A stretch of DNA of 64,000 bases from an uncultured Phycisphaerae bacterium (GTDB lineage Bacteria > Planctomycetota > Phycisphaerae > SM23-33), in assembly GCA_963760365.1 (NCBI GenBank), contig CAVXDC010000008.1, forward strand, positions 83,054 through 147,053, given 5' to 3'. Below, one piece after another: positions 23,242-34,378 of this stretch. How positions within the stretch are numbered: position 1 is the first letter of the stretch; each line of letters begins with the position of its first letter. Under the pieces are notes generated by a model that was given only the letters and a program-made list of their open reading frames with translations, did not search any database and was not told the origin of the DNA. The translations under genes were made by a program, and so were the position numbers.

Positions 23242-24282
23242 TTAGTAGTTGACCATGACGGCCGCGGCCACTTCGGGCGTGATGGCGCCTTCGGCCAGGA
23301 GCGACTGGACCGACTGGTCCATGGTCATCATGCCGTACTTGGCGCCGGTGGTGATGATGTTGCGGAGGTGGAACGTGCCGCGGTTGCGGATGACGTTTTT
23401 AGCCGCATCGGTGGCGATCAGCACCTCCACGGCCACCCGCTTGCCGCCGTCGATGGCCGGTAAGAGCTCCTGGTGGATGATGCCCTGGAGCGCCCCAGCC
23501 AGCAGGTAGCGGAGGTGGCCCTCGTCTTCCACGGGTGCGTAGCTCAGCAATCGCTCGATCACCTTGTCCAGGGAGATCACGTGGAGGGTGCTCATGACCA
23601 GCACGCCGGTCTCGGCCGCGGTCAGGGCGATGCGGATGGTCTCGTAGTCGCGCATCTCGCCGATGGCGACGACGTCGGGGTCCTGCCGCAGCGCCGCCCG
23701 CAGTCCGGAGGCGAACGTGACCGTGTCCCTGCCGACCTCGCGTTGGCGGACGATGCTCTGGCGATTGGTATGGACGGTCTCGATGGGGTCCTCGATGGTC
23801 ACGATGTGCTTGCGCTGGTAGGTGTTGATCTCGTGGATCATGGCCGACATCGTCGTGGTCTTGCCCTGGCTGGTGCTGCCGGTGATGAGCACCAGGCCCT
23901 TGGTCTGGGCGGTGAGGTAATTCACCACCGGCGGCATGCGGATCTGCTCCAGGCTCTTGGGCTCCGGGGGCAGCAAGCGGACGACGGCACCGATGGCCCC
24001 GTCGTTGTAGGAAATGTTGACGCGGCAGCGCCCGGTCTCCTCGGCGACCATCAGGTCGAAATCCAGCCGCTGGCGGAAGACCTCCTGCTGACTGGGGCTG
24101 AGGAGCTGAAAGGACAGCTCGCGGGCCTGATCGCTCGTCAGGCGAGATTCGGTCTGCGGGATCAGGTCCTTGCCGATGCGGAACAGCAGCGGGGCGCCCG
24201 CGATGATGTGCACGTCGGTGGCCTTTTTGGACCGGGCCAGCGCGATGATCTTGACGATCTGATCAAATTCCATGGCCGCCAT
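23242..24282 (-). CDS. pilT: Type IV pilus retraction ATPase PilT
   Basis: 346 aa from ATG 24282 (GAAGGAG upstream). Walker A is GSTSQGKTTT, with Asp/His boxes typical of PilT. The 196 codons upstream in ORF 23242..24870 look non-coding. Confidence 0.9.
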   Translation of the reverse strand: MAAMEFDQIVKIIALARSKKATDVHIIAGAPLLFRIGKDLIPQTESRLTSDQARELSFQLLSPSQQEVFRQRLDFDLMVAEETGRCRVNISYNDGAIGAVVRLLPPEPKSLEQIRMPPVVNYLTAQTKGLVLITGSTSQGKTTTMSAMIHEINTYQRKHIVTIEDPIETVHTNRQSIVRQREVGRDTVTFASGLRAALRQDPDVVAIGEMRDYETIRIALTAAETGVLVMSTLHVISLDKVIERLLSYAPVEDEGHLRYLLAGALQGIIHQELLPAIDGGKRVAVEVLIATDAAKNVIRNRGTFHLRNIITTGAKYGMMTMDQSVQSLLAEGAITPEVAAAVMVNY

Positions 24283-24305
24283 TTTCTCCTTCTCAACGAC
24301 CCGGT

Positions 24306-26044
24306 TCAACGGGCGGGGTCCTGGAGCCACACCTCGCACATCTGCGCCCGGGCGTCGCGCGACTTTTTGAAATTTTTGAGGTAGTACAGAATTTCGTTGT
24401 CGCTCAGCGACCAGAGCCTGTGGCGGTTGGCCGGATCGTCGATGTCGTAGGCGATCTCCTGGACATGGCGAACCGGGGCCGTCTGCTGAAGGCGTTCGAC
24501 GTCCGCGAGGGTCTCCACGATGACCGGTTCGGCCCGGCCTTCCAGGTAGACCTTCGCCATGCCCCGCCTGTTCCAACCGAGCATGTCGTAGGCGAAGGCC
24601 CCCACCCCCTGAACGACGACCGACCAGGCCACCAGGACCAGGAACAATCCCAGCATCGCCTTGCGCCGCCAGACCCAGTCCATCACGGGGATCAGCATCA
24701 GGGCGAAGAACGGCATGGTATCGACGATGGGCGCGGGCCGTAACACCATCCGCCCCACCAGTCGAACCACTTGAAGGCCACGACCAGCAGCGCCAGCATC
24801 GCCGCCGCCACCGGCCACAGCGGGGCGTATCGCCGCTGCGTCCACAGCGCCCCCAGCCCCGCCAGCGCAAAGACCATGAAGGGGCTGAACACCAGCAGCC
24901 CGCGCGAGGGGCTGACCATCAGACCGGCCGCCCCCACCGCCAGCGGCGTCTGCCACAAGTCCGTGCTGCCCGTCTTGTCCATCGCCACCTTGTGCCCGGT
25001 CCTGCTCTGGCCGAACTCCCAGGGGCTGCCCAGGTAGTACGTGTTATAGGCCGCCAAGGCCGTGGCAATCGGCAGGGCCGCCAGGACGTAAGGCAGCAGC
25101 GCCTTCCGCCGGGCCATGAACCACCGCACCAGCAGGTAAACCCCCGCCGCCCCCGCCACAATCACGCTGGTGGGCCGGCACGCCACCGCGGCTGAGTATG
25201 CCAGGCCGCACCAGGCCGCGGACGTCCAGCCCCTCTCCGCCCGCACCAGAAAATACGTGCCCATGGCCAGGAAGAACTCGTTCGGCCCGTGCTGCCAGAG
25301 CGCCTGGGAGCTCATGGACCACACGCCCGTGCCCAGCCCGTAGGCCAGCGTGATCAAGGCTGACCGGGCGACGGTCGTGAATGCACACGCCGTCAGAAAC
25401 ACCCAGACGGCCGAACCCGCCACCAGCAGCGAGGCCGCAACCTTGCCCCCGTACCACAGCGCCGCCGGATGAGATTGAAGGTCGCCGCCCGTGGCCAGGT
25501 GCAGCAAGGCATAGAGCGGCAGGGCCGTCAACCCCGCGCCCGGGCCGAAGGTGTTCACGAAGATAGGTTCCCCCTCAGCCGTCCGGCGAACGGACGGAAC
25601 CAGGTAATACTTCGACTGGACCAGGGTCAACAATCCCGTCTCAAAAAACTGACGGGCGGTGTACGGCTGATCGACCATCCGGTCCTTCCAGGAGTTGAAC
25701 TGCACCAGAACCGGACCTTCTTTGGTCCTGTAGCCCCACAAGAACATGAAGGGATGCTGAGTGGGCGTAAAGGAAAGCCGCCCCTGACTCAGCAGGGTCG
25801 GCGCCAGATAGACATTGGGCTTGGCGTCGTTGCCGTACAGGAAGCCGCCGTTGAGGTGATAGGCCGCCAGAAGGATCAGGAAGATGGCGCCACCCACCAC
25901 CGCTTTCCGCCCCAGCAGCTTCCCCCACCGCCCGCGGCCGCTCGCGGCGGATGAGTCCGCCTGCCCGCTGCGAGAGACATCGGCGGCTGGACCCCTTTGC
26001 CTGTCTCTGTCTCTTGCTCTCCCTCGACGATTTTCCTTGCCCAT
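24306..26044 (-). pseudogene. GT-C-type polytopic membrane glycosyltransferase-like protein (family uncertain), frame broken about 24740-24760
   Basis: The N-terminal roughly 430 aa are in ORF 24698..26254 (start ATG 26044 or 26107). The C-terminal roughly 145 aa (PIVDTMPFFALMLIPVMDW...YYLKNFKKSRDARAQ) are in ORF 24306..24956. Confidence 0.5.
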
Positions 26045-26181
26045 AGCCGCCTGAGTATCGACGGAAAACCGCCCCGCCCGCAAGCGCTTTCCACGCTCCG
26101 ATGCCATGGCAAGGGAGCATTCAGCCTCCACAACCGAGGCCGCTTCGGCGAAGGTGGCTCGGCGAACCCGCCGGGAGGTTC

Positions 26182-27972
26182 CTACATCTGCTCGATCGTC
26201 TGGATGCCCAGCAGGTCCAGGCCCGTGTGGATGGTCCAGGCCGTCAGCTCGCACAAGGCCAACCGGCTGGCCCGAAGTTCCGGCTCGGCCTGGAGGACCG
26301 GGCAGTTTTCATAAAAGCCCATGAACGCCCCGGCCAGGTCGTACAGGTAGGCGCACAAGACGTTCGGCAGGCACTCGGCGGCCACGAATGCGACGGTCTC
26401 TGGAAACTGCACCAGCCTCATCGCCAGGACTCTCTCGGCCGGGTCGATAACTTCTATTGTCCCGGCCTTTGCTGCGCCATCCCCACGAGAAAAACCTTGG
26501 CGGAAGATGCTGCAAATGCGCGTGTAGACGTACTGCATGTACGGGGCCGTGTTGCCCTCCAGGCTGAGAAGCTTGTCCCAGGAGAACACATAATCGCTGG
26601 TGCGGTTCTGCGACAGGTCGGCGTACTTGACCGCGCCGATGCCCACGACGCGGGCAATCTCGTGGCGGTGAGTCTCATCCAGTTCGGAGTTCTTTTCACT
26701 GACCAGCGCGAATGCTCGCCGCTCGGCCTCATCCAGCAAGTTCATCAGCTTCACCGTGCCGCCTTCGCGCGTCCGAAAAGGCTTGCCGTCGGCCCCGAGC
26801 ATCATGCCGAAGGCCACGTGCTCTAGCGAAACATTCGGCGGAGCGAACTTCGCCGCCCGCGCGACGGCAAACACATGCCGGAAGTGCAACGCCTGCCGCG
26901 AGTCAGTCACGTACAGGATCCGGTCGGCCTTGAGCTCATTGACCCGATAACGGATCGCGGCTAGGTCGGTCGTGGCGTAAAGGTAGCCTTCATCGGTCTT
27001 CTGCACGATCAAAGGAAGGATTTCTCCATCCTTGTCCTTGAACTCCTCCAGGAACACGCACTGCGCCCCGCGACTTTCCTTCAACAAACCAACCCCGCGA
27101 AGTTCGTCAACAACTTCGGGCAAGTATTTCTCGTAGAAACTTTCTCCTCGCAAATGTTCGGTTGCAAGGTTGACATCAAGTCGCTTATAGATTGCTGCTG
27201 CATGTCCCAATGACTGGTCACGCACGTAGTCCCACAGGGCACGGACTCGCCTATTACCGGACTGAAGTTTCACTACATACTCGCGAGACCTGTCTGCAAA
27301 GGCCGGTTCCGTGTCGAATCGTTTCTTGGCCTCTCGATAGAATTCCTCCATATCCTCGATTGTGGTTGAGGTAACAACGACAGCCTCCCCAAATTCACTT
27401 CTCTTGTGTGTTACACGTGCTCCAATCTCGTCTAGGTATGCCGTGAGCATTCCGAACTGGGTTCCCCAGTCGCCGACGTGGTTTTGGCGGATGACGTGGT
27501 GGCCCAGGAAGTCCAGCGTGCGGGCCAGGGCGTCGCCGATGATGGTGCTGCGGAGGTGGCCGACATGCATCTCCTTGGCCAGGTTCGGCCCGGAGTAATC
27601 CACCACGACGGTCTGCGGCGACGCCGGCCGCTCGACGCCCAGGGATTCATCGAGCTGGATTTGGCCGAGTTGGCGGGCGAGCCAATCGGCGCGGAGGCGG
27701 AGGTTGATGAAGCCCGGTCCGGCGACCGTGGGCGGGTCGGTGAGGTCCGACAGGTCGCCCGCCCCGCCGGGACCGAGCTGGGCAATCACCCTTTCAGCGA
27801 GTTGGCGGGGATTGGCACCAAGGGCCTTGGCGGCGGGCATGACGCCGTTGGCCTGGTAGTCACCGAACTCTGCTCTAGCGGCCTGGCCGACGATGGCGGG
27901 GGAACCGGACGGCGCCCCGGCAGCGGCCAGGGCCGCGGTCACGCGCCGCTCCAATTCGGCCTTGAGGTTCAT
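26182..27972 (-). CDS. argS: Arginyl-tRNA synthetase
   Basis: Intact 596 aa with HVGHLRST (HIGH), MMLG..GKPFRTREGGTVKL and the C-terminal anticodon-binding domain ending IEQM. Confidence 0.97.
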   Translation of the reverse strand: MNLKAELERRVTAALAAAGAPSGSPAIVGQAARAEFGDYQANGVMPAAKALGANPRQLAERVIAQLGPGGAGDLSDLTDPPTVAGPGFINLRLRADWLARQLGQIQLDESLGVERPASPQTVVVDYSGPNLAKEMHVGHLRSTIIGDALARTLDFLGHHVIRQNHVGDWGTQFGMLTAYLDEIGARVTHKRSEFGEAVVVTSTTIEDMEEFYREAKKRFDTEPAFADRSREYVVKLQSGNRRVRALWDYVRDQSLGHAAAIYKRLDVNLATEHLRGESFYEKYLPEVVDELRGVGLLKESRGAQCVFLEEFKDKDGEILPLIVQKTDEGYLYATTDLAAIRYRVNELKADRILYVTDSRQALHFRHVFAVARAAKFAPPNVSLEHVAFGMMLGADGKPFRTREGGTVKLMNLLDEAERRAFALVSEKNSELDETHRHEIARVVGIGAVKYADLSQNRTSDYVFSWDKLLSLEGNTAPYMQYVYTRICSIFRQGFSRGDGAAKAGTIEVIDPAERVLAMRLVQFPETVAFVAAECLPNVLCAYLYDLAGAFMGFYENCPVLQAEPELRASRLALCELTAWTIHTGLDLLGIQTIEQM

Positions 27973-28092
27973 GTCCGCCTGCGCTCGGCGCGGTAGGGCT
28001 CCCGTCCCACCGCATAAGACGCTGCTTCAAAAGGTTTCAAAGGTAGCGGGGCGGGAGTCCCGCCAACCCAAAAGTCGGTTATGCCGGTGGTC

Positions 28093-28494
28093 TTACCTGG
28101 GTCTGGCCCGCCGGCGGCGCACGGCTTCTCGCCAACGGACGTGAGGCGCCTCGCCCCAGATCAGCTCCAGGTCGTAATACCGCCGGTGGACTTCATCAAA
28201 AATATGGACCACGACGTCCACGAAGTCCATCACGATCCAGTCGGCCGACCGTTCACCGGCCACGTGCCAGACGGGCTGACCGATCTTCCGCCCGTGCTCG
28301 GCAATCGCGTCGGCCACGGTTCGCATCTGCCGGTCGGACGTGCCCGTGGCGATCACGAAGTACTGCGTCACGGGGCTGATGCCCCGCAAGTCCAGCACCA
28401 CGATGTCGGTGGCGTTGTTGTCGGTGGGCCACCCTGGCCGCCGCGACGGCGAGCCGGCGGGCAGGATCAGTCTTGCGGGTCCGCTCCTCGACAC
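28093..28494 (-). CDS. rsfS: Ribosome silencing factor RsfS
   Basis: DIVVLDLRG.S.VTQYFVIATGTSDRQ...DWIVMDFVDVVVHIF...R.YYDLE.IW pattern. Confidence 0.9.
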   Translation of the reverse strand: MSRSGPARLILPAGSPSRRPGWPTDNNATDIVVLDLRGISPVTQYFVIATGTSDRQMRTVADAIAEHGRKIGQPVWHVAGERSADWIVMDFVDVVVHIFDEVHRRYYDLELIWGEAPHVRWREAVRRRRARPR

Positions 28495-28542
28495 GATCGG
28501 AACGGCCTGAGCTAGTCGAAGGCCGCCTGGCCACGCGGGTCC

Positions 28543-31179
28543 TCAGTTAATGCCCAGCAGGGCACCGACCTGCGGGGCGTACTTCACGGTCAGCCCAGCA
28601 AAGACCACCGCGATCATGCTCATCAGCTTGATCAGGATGTTCAGGCAGGGGCCGGCGGTGTCCTTGAACGGATCGCCCACGGTGTCGCCCACGACGGCCG
28701 CCTTGTGGTTGGGGGAGCCCTTGCCGCCGTACTGGCCGCTCTCGATGTATTTCTTGGCGTTGTCCCACGCCCCGCCGGCGTTGGCCATGTACACGGCCAC
28801 GGCAAAGCCGCAGGCCATCCCGCCGGCGAGCAACCCCAGCACGCCGGACACGTCGAACACCAACCCCACCGCCACCGGCGCGATCAGCGCCAGCACCGAC
28901 GGCAGCACCATCTCCCGCTGCGCCCCGGCGGTGGAAATCTCCACGCAGCGGGCGTAGTCCGGCCGACCGGTGCCCTGCATCAAGCCGGGAATTTCCTTGA
29001 ACTGTCGGCGGACCTCCTTGACCATTAAGAAGGCGGTCCTTCCGACGGCCTTTATCGCCGCCGAGCTGAACACGAAGACCATCAGCACCCCCAGGATGAT
29101 CCCGCACAGGACTCGCGGATTGAGCAGCGTGACGTTATAGAACTCCATGTAATGGGCCATGGTGGCATCGACGGATGAGACCATGTGCAGCACATGCTCC
29201 TTGCCGGTGGCGTCCACCAACACCGCCGGGCGGACTTTGTCCTCGCCGACAGGACCCACGAACAGGTCGGACACCAACCCCGGCTTGAGCTCTTTCCGGA
29301 GGCTGCCAGGCATGTTCAGGGCCATCAGGAGGTGGTAATTCTCGTCTTTCGTGCCGGCGGTCAACTTGGCGGCGAACTTGCCGTGGCCCAGGTAATCCAC
29401 CTGGCCGACGCCGGCGGCGGCGGCGGTGGCTGCCTGCGGGACGGACTGCACGATGGCGGCCACGGCCTGGCGATTCTGGCCGATGCGAACCTCATCCACG
29501 TACGCGGCCAGCAGCGCCAAGGCCGTCAGGGCCGCCGAGCCGATGGCAAAGCCCTTGCCCGTGGCGGCGGTGGTGTTGCCCAGAGAATCCAGCGCGTCGG
29601 TCCTCTTGCGGACCTCCGGCGGCTGGTGGGTCATCTCGGCGTTGCCGCCGGCGTTGTCGGCGATGGGACCATAGGCGTCGGTCGCCAGGGTGATGCCCAG
29701 CGTCGCGAGCATGCCCACCGAGGCGATGGAGATGCCGTACAGGCCCAGTTGCACCTCCTGGAGCCCGCCGGCGAACGTGTAGGCCAGGATGATGCCAACC
29801 ACCACCGTCACGACGGCCAACCAGATGCTCTGCATGCCCTCCGCCAGGCCGCTGATGATGACGGTGGCCGGTCCGGTCTCGCTCTGGCGGGCGATCTCCC
29901 GCGTGGGCCCGTAATCGTAGCTGGTGAAGTATTCGGTGCCCTTGCCGATGACCACGCCGGCCACCAACCCCACGACGATCGCGCCCCACACGCCCAGCCA
30001 GCTCACGCCCGCGACCACGTGGCCGTCGCCCGGACCGATCAGGAAGTAGCACACGCCCAGCGCGGCCAGGACGATCAGGGCGGTGGAGCTGTTGATGCCG
30101 CGGTTCAGCGCCCCCATGAGCTGCTTCATGCTCGCCCCCTCGTGGGTGCGGACCAGCAGGATGCCGATGACGCTGAGCACGATCCCGATGCCGGCCAGCA
30201 CCATCGGGGCGGCCACCAGGCGGACCTGATCGGCCACGCCCAGCCCCAACGCCGAGGCGGCCGAGACGCCCAAGACCGCCGTGGACAGCACCGAACCGCA
30301 GTAGCTCTCGTACAGGTCGGCGCCCATGCCTGCCACGTCGCCCACGTTGTCGCCCACGTTGTCGGCGATGACGGCCGGGTTGCGCGGGTCGTCCTCGGGG
30401 ATGCCGGCCTCGACTTTGCCCACCAGGTCGGCCCCCACGTCGGCGGCCTTGGTGAAGATGCCCCCGCCCAGGCGTGCAAACAGGGCCTGGGAACTGGCGC
30501 CCATCCCGAAGGTCAGCATGATGACGGTCACTTCCGTCAGGCTCATGGGATAGCCCACCCGCGGGGCAAGCTGGGTGAGGATCAGGAACCACATCGAGAT
30601 GTCCAGCAACCCGAAGCCCACGACGACCAACCCCATCACCGATCCGGCCCGAAAGGCCACCGTCAGCCCCCGGTTGAGGCTCTCCTTGGCGCCCTGGGCG
30701 GTGCGGCTGGAGGCCATCGTGGCCGTCTTCATGCCGAAAAAGCCGCACAGGCCGGAGAAAAACCCCCCCGTCAGGAACGCCACGAAGACGATCCGAGACT
30801 GCACGTGGAAGACCCAGCCCATCATGAACAGCAGCGCCGAGGCCACCACGAAGAACATGGCCACGACCTTGTATTGGCGGCGCAGGTAGGCGTAGGCGCC
30901 CTCGCGCACGGCCGCGGCGATCTCGCGCATCTTCTCGTCGCCGTCGGCGGCATTGCGGACCTGCCTGTAGAACACGTAGGCAAACAGCAGCGCCAGGATC
31001 GAGCTGATCGGGGCAATCCACCACACGACGGGGATCCCCACCGTGGCGACCTGTTCCACCGTCTCTTGGGCCACGGCCGGCGCCGTCTGGCCCGCCGCCA
31101 GGCCTCCACCCAGCAGGACGACTAGCACGGCCAAACCTGCCGACAACCATCTCACACTACGGGATGGTTTCACGTCCAC
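28543..31179 (-). CDS. hppA: Membrane-bound proton-translocating pyrophosphatase, with an extra N-terminal helix and a roughly 120-aa internal insertion
   Basis: Conserved H+-PPase blocks ([36 protein letters not shown]-like [30 protein letters not shown]). No ATG precedes the first helix. GTG at 31179 or 31173 is assumed, so the start is uncertain. Confidence 0.9.
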   Translation of the reverse strand: MDVKPSRSVRWLSAGLAVLVVLLGGGLAAGQTAPAVAQETVEQVATVGIPVVWWIAPISSILALLFAYVFYRQVRNAADGDEKMREIAAAVREGAYAYLRRQYKVVAMFFVVASALLFMMGWVFHVQSRIVFVAFLTGGFFSGLCGFFGMKTATMASSRTAQGAKESLNRGLTVAFRAGSVMGLVVVGFGLLDISMWFLILTQLAPRVGYPMSLTEVTVIMLTFGMGASSQALFARLGGGIFTKAADVGADLVGKVEAGIPEDDPRNPAVIADNVGDNVGDVAGMGADLYESYCGSVLSTAVLGVSAASALGLGVADQVRLVAAPMVLAGIGIVLSVIGILLVRTHEGASMKQLMGALNRGINSSTALIVLAALGVCYFLIGPGDGHVVAGVSWLGVWGAIVVGLVAGVVIGKGTEYFTSYDYGPTREIARQSETGPATVIISGLAEGMQSIWLAVVTVVVGIILAYTFAGGLQEVQLGLYGISIASVGMLATLGITLATDAYGPIADNAGGNAEMTHQPPEVRKRTDALDSLGNTTAATGKGFAIGSAALTALALLAAYVDEVRIGQNRQAVAAIVQSVPQAATAAAAGVGQVDYLGHGKFAAKLTAGTKDENYHLLMALNMPGSLRKELKPGLVSDLFVGPVGEDKVRPAVLVDATGKEHVLHMVSSVDATMAHYMEFYNVTLLNPRVLCGIILGVLMVFVFSSAAIKAVGRTAFLMVKEVRRQFKEIPGLMQGTGRPDYARCVEISTAGAQREMVLPSVLALIAPVAVGLVFDVSGVLGLLAGGMACGFAVAVYMANAGGAWDNAKKYIESGQYGGKGSPNHKAAVVGDTVGDPFKDTAGPCLNILIKLMSMIAVVFAGLTVKYAPQVGALLGIN

Positions 31180-31377
31180 GTTTGCGCTCCTTCTTGCTGC
31201 GATCCTTGCCGTTCGCTGCGGCTCGGTGATTCTGAGGCGTCCTTGCGGTTTTGTCCGGATATTTTTGGAAAGGAGGGGGTCAACACACACACCAGGAAAC
31301 CGACCAGGCTTCTCCGCCGTCATGGGCGATCTTCTCCCAGATCGCCCCGGCCGGAGACTCGCCGCCTCGGGAGGCAC

Positions 31378-31563
31378 TCAACGCTCCGGCATCAGGGCAC
31401 GCCTAACGCTCTTGCGGGCGCGGCGGCGGCGGCGCTCCGAAGGCTTTTCGTAGTAGCCTTTGCGCTTGATGTCCTTGACCAGGCCTTCTTTCTCGCACAT
31501 CTTCTTGAAGCGCCGGATCATTTGCTGGACCGACTCGTTGCCTCTGGCCTTGACCTTGATCAT
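31378..31563 (-). CDS. rpsU: 30S ribosomal protein S21
   Basis: MIKVKARGNESVQQMIRRFKKMCEKEGL...KKGYYEKPSERRRR from ATG 31563. Confidence 0.9.
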   Translation of the reverse strand: MIKVKARGNESVQQMIRRFKKMCEKEGLVKDIKRKGYYEKPSERRRRRARKSVRRALMPER

Positions 31564-31817
31564 TCCTGGATCACTATTCCTTTCCGCCCCCGCTCGTCCC
31601 CAAGGGCCTGCAAAGGAGGCTGATATGATAGTCATCCCCCCCATGACTTCAAGCCTTTTTAACCCCGGTTTAGCCCTTGTTTAGCCCCGGCCGCCATGGC
31701 AAACCCGCGAAAACCCGCAACACCAGAAACGGAACAAAACTCCCCCCTTGCCGTCTATACGAAAGACTATGGCGCGTTCAACGGTAAGCCCTTTTGGCTC
31801 AAGGGAAAGGATGAAAT

Positions 31818-32144
31818 GTGAACCTGCGAAGCGTGGCATTGGTCATGGTGCTAGCGGGGGTGCTGGGAGGAGCTTTTTGCGGCCCGAAGGAAACGAACAG
31901 CGCCAGACCCCCCGTACCGAAAGGGATGCCCCAGTGGCAGGAGCGGCAAATCATGGCTGCGGCGCGGGAACATATTCTAGCACACGGATGGCCGTACCCA
32001 GCGGATCTGCCCTACGTCATCACTGAGCACAAGACCTCCTGGCATGTGACCTTCGAGCTGCCGGAATCCATGGTGGGGGGCGTCCCAGAGGTTGAGTTGG
32101 ACAAGAAAACGTTGAAGGTCATCTGGTCTTATCATACTCAATAG
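31818..32144 (+). CDS. Hypothetical small lipoprotein
   Basis: GTG start with GGAAAGG upstream. Signal peptide has a Cys (VLGGAFCG). No family recognised. Confidence 0.45.
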   Translation: MNLRSVALVMVLAGVLGGAFCGPKETNSARPPVPKGMPQWQERQIMAAAREHILAHGWPYPADLPYVITEHKTSWHVTFELPESMVGGVPEVELDKKTLKVIWSYHTQ

Positions 32145-32197
32145 GCTCAGGTCGGACGTTTGGAGCGGGGGCAACGCCGGCCGAAGGAGCCACCGCC

Positions 32198-32605
32198 ATG
32201 CCGCCGCAAGAATGCCGCCTGGACATCCGCGTCCGCTACGCCGAGGTGGACCGGATGGGCGCCGTGCACCACAGCCGCTACTGGGTGTACTTCGAGATGG
32301 GGCGGACCGAGCTGCTGCGGGCGGCGGGCGTGTGCTACGGCGACCTGGAGGCCGCGGGGGTGTTCTTCGTCGTCGCCCGATGCTGGGCCAAGTATCACAG
32401 CCCCGCCCGGTACGACGAGGTCGTCCACCTGACCACGCGCGTCACCGGGATGGGCCAGGCCAAGATCGACCACGAATACGAGCTTCGAGCCGCCGACGGC
32501 CGGCTGCTGGCCACGGCGGGGACGACGCTGGCCTGCGTGGACCGATCCGGGCAGGTCATCCCCATCCCTGACGCCGTCCGCCAAGGCGGGCCAACTTCCT
32601 CCTAG
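32198..32605 (+). CDS. Acyl-CoA thioesterase, YbgC/4HBT hotdog family
   Basis: VRYAEVDRMGAVHHSRYWVYFEMGRTELLR and the later hotdog-fold pattern. 135 aa. Confidence 0.8.
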   Translation: MPPQECRLDIRVRYAEVDRMGAVHHSRYWVYFEMGRTELLRAAGVCYGDLEAAGVFFVVARCWAKYHSPARYDEVVHLTTRVTGMGQAKIDHEYELRAADGRLLATAGTTLACVDRSGQVIPIPDAVRQGGPTSS

Positions 32606-33366
32606 AGCGGCGCGATGACGGCCACGAAGCGCCCCGCCTGCTCCCCCTCCATGCGGTGGCTGGGGAACAGGTCGTTGCGGCAGAGGGTGCAGAGGTTGGC
32701 GGAGCAGATGTTCTCCCGCTCCACCCCGGCCTGCATCAGTTCATCGATGTTGGCCGCCCACAAGTCGAAGTACACCTTGCCCTCCCGTTTTTGGAGGAAC
32801 TGCGGAGCCCGCAGTCCCAGACCCGCCGAGGCAAGCTGGACGACGTCGGATCCGATCTCGTAGCAGCACGGTCCGGCGGAGGGGCAGATGCAGGCCACGA
32901 GGTCCACCGGCTTGCTCCCGAATCGGCTGACGAAGTGGGCCACCAACTCCGCGGTGATCCGCATGGCCGTCCCCCGCCAGGAGGCATGGGCCAGACCCAC
33001 GGCGCCGCTGACCGGATCGACCGCCAGGACCAGCGGGCAGTCGGCGGCCAGGCCCATCAGGCCTATCGAGCCACCGGCGATCACCATGCCGTCCCCGCTG
33101 CCGGCCAGACCCGCCCGCCGGGGCACGAGGATTTTTCGGCTGTGCACCTGGTTGCAGAAGGCCACGCCGGACAGGTTCATCGCCTGCTGCACGGCCTGGG
33201 CGGCGACCTTGGGATCCTTCTTCGCGCCGGTCACGTCGAAACCCCGCCGGGTGGTCACGAGGTGGGCGACCCCCAGCTCGTCCAAGGCCGCGAACCTGCC
33301 CACCGTCCAACCATTGGGCAGCTCGGTGAAATAGAACGGTTCTCTTGTCGAAAGCTCATCGGACAT
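32602..33366 (-). CDS. pgeF: Peptidoglycan editing factor PgeF (YfiH/DUF152 family)
   Basis: NQVHS, ADCPLV, HASWRGT and CCYEVG-like (CCYEIG) motifs. 254 aa. Confidence 0.85.
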   Translation of the reverse strand: MSDELSTREPFYFTELPNGWTVGRFAALDELGVAHLVTTRRGFDVTGAKKDPKVAAQAVQQAMNLSGVAFCNQVHSRKILVPRRAGLAGSGDGMVIAGGSIGLMGLAADCPLVLAVDPVSGAVGLAHASWRGTAMRITAELVAHFVSRFGSKPVDLVACICPSAGPCCYEIGSDVVQLASAGLGLRAPQFLQKREGKVYFDLWAANIDELMQAGVERENICSANLCTLCRNDLFPSHRMEGEQAGRFVAVIAPL

Positions 33367-34334
33367 CGATCAGCACCTTGATATTCTGGGGATCCGCTGC
33401 GGCCTGGAGGGCCTGCTCGGCCTGGTCCAGTCCGAAGCGCCGGCTGATCAAGGCCGAGACGTCCACCTCCCCCGCCGCCAGGGCCGCCAAGGCCCTTTCC
33501 AGCGGCCCGCACCGCGACCCGATGAGCGTCACCTCGTCCACCACCAGCGGGGAGAGGTTGATCTCCTGTATTTCCTTGTTTTCCTTTGACTGTCGTCCAA
33601 CGGCGAACGTGCTCTTGAGCACGATCACTCCCCGCGGCCGGACCGTCCGCATGGCCAGCTCCAACCCGGTGGGGGAACCCGTGGCCTCCACCACGACATC
33701 GGCCAGGGCCTTCGGGATGAAGTCGTCCACCAGGATCGCCTCGATGCCCTGCTTCTCGGCCACCTCCAGCTTGGAGGCGTGCTTGCCCACCAGCAGCAGT
33801 TTGCGGACCGCTGACTTCAGGACGCGCGCAACGAGCTGGCCCAGCCGCCCGTCGCCCAGGACGACCACGGCGTCGGAAGGCTGGAACGTCACCTGCCGCG
33901 TCACCTGGTACGCCGCCGCCAGCGGTTCGGCGAACACCGCCTGCTCGTCGCGGACGGCCTGGGGCACCTCGTGCAGGTTGGCCGCCGGCAGGGCCACCTG
34001 CTCGGCAAACACCCCGTCGCGCCCGGCGAGGCCGACGACCGTGCGGTTGCGGCAATGGTTCGACAGGCCCGAACGGCACAGGTCGCACCGCGTGCACACG
34101 CAGTTGATCTCCGCCACGACGCGCTTGCCCCGCCAGGTGGCCGGGCCTTCCAGGACCACCCCGACGAACTCGTGCCCCATCACGCCGGTAAAGTCCATAT
34201 AGCCTCGCATCACCTCCAGGTCCGTGCTGCACACCCCCGCCAGACGGACGGCCACCAACGCCTCCCCGCGCCGGCCGGGGGGCGGGATAATCCCTCCTCA
34301 AGACCGCCTTGCCGTCGAACACCAGCGCCCGCAT
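33356..34334 (-). pseudogene. Zinc-dependent medium-chain alcohol/threonine-type dehydrogenase, frame broken once (about 34268)
   Basis: The N-terminus MRALVFDGKAVLRRDYPAPRPA is in ORF 33255..34334. The rest (GEALVAVRLAGVCSTDLE..GHEFVG..C..C..C..C) is in ORF 33356..34258. The junction is gcg-c-ggg. Confidence 0.8.
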
Positions 34335-34378
34335 TCAGGAATCTCCCTACCCGCGCCGCGGCCCTGCGGCCGCGACGG

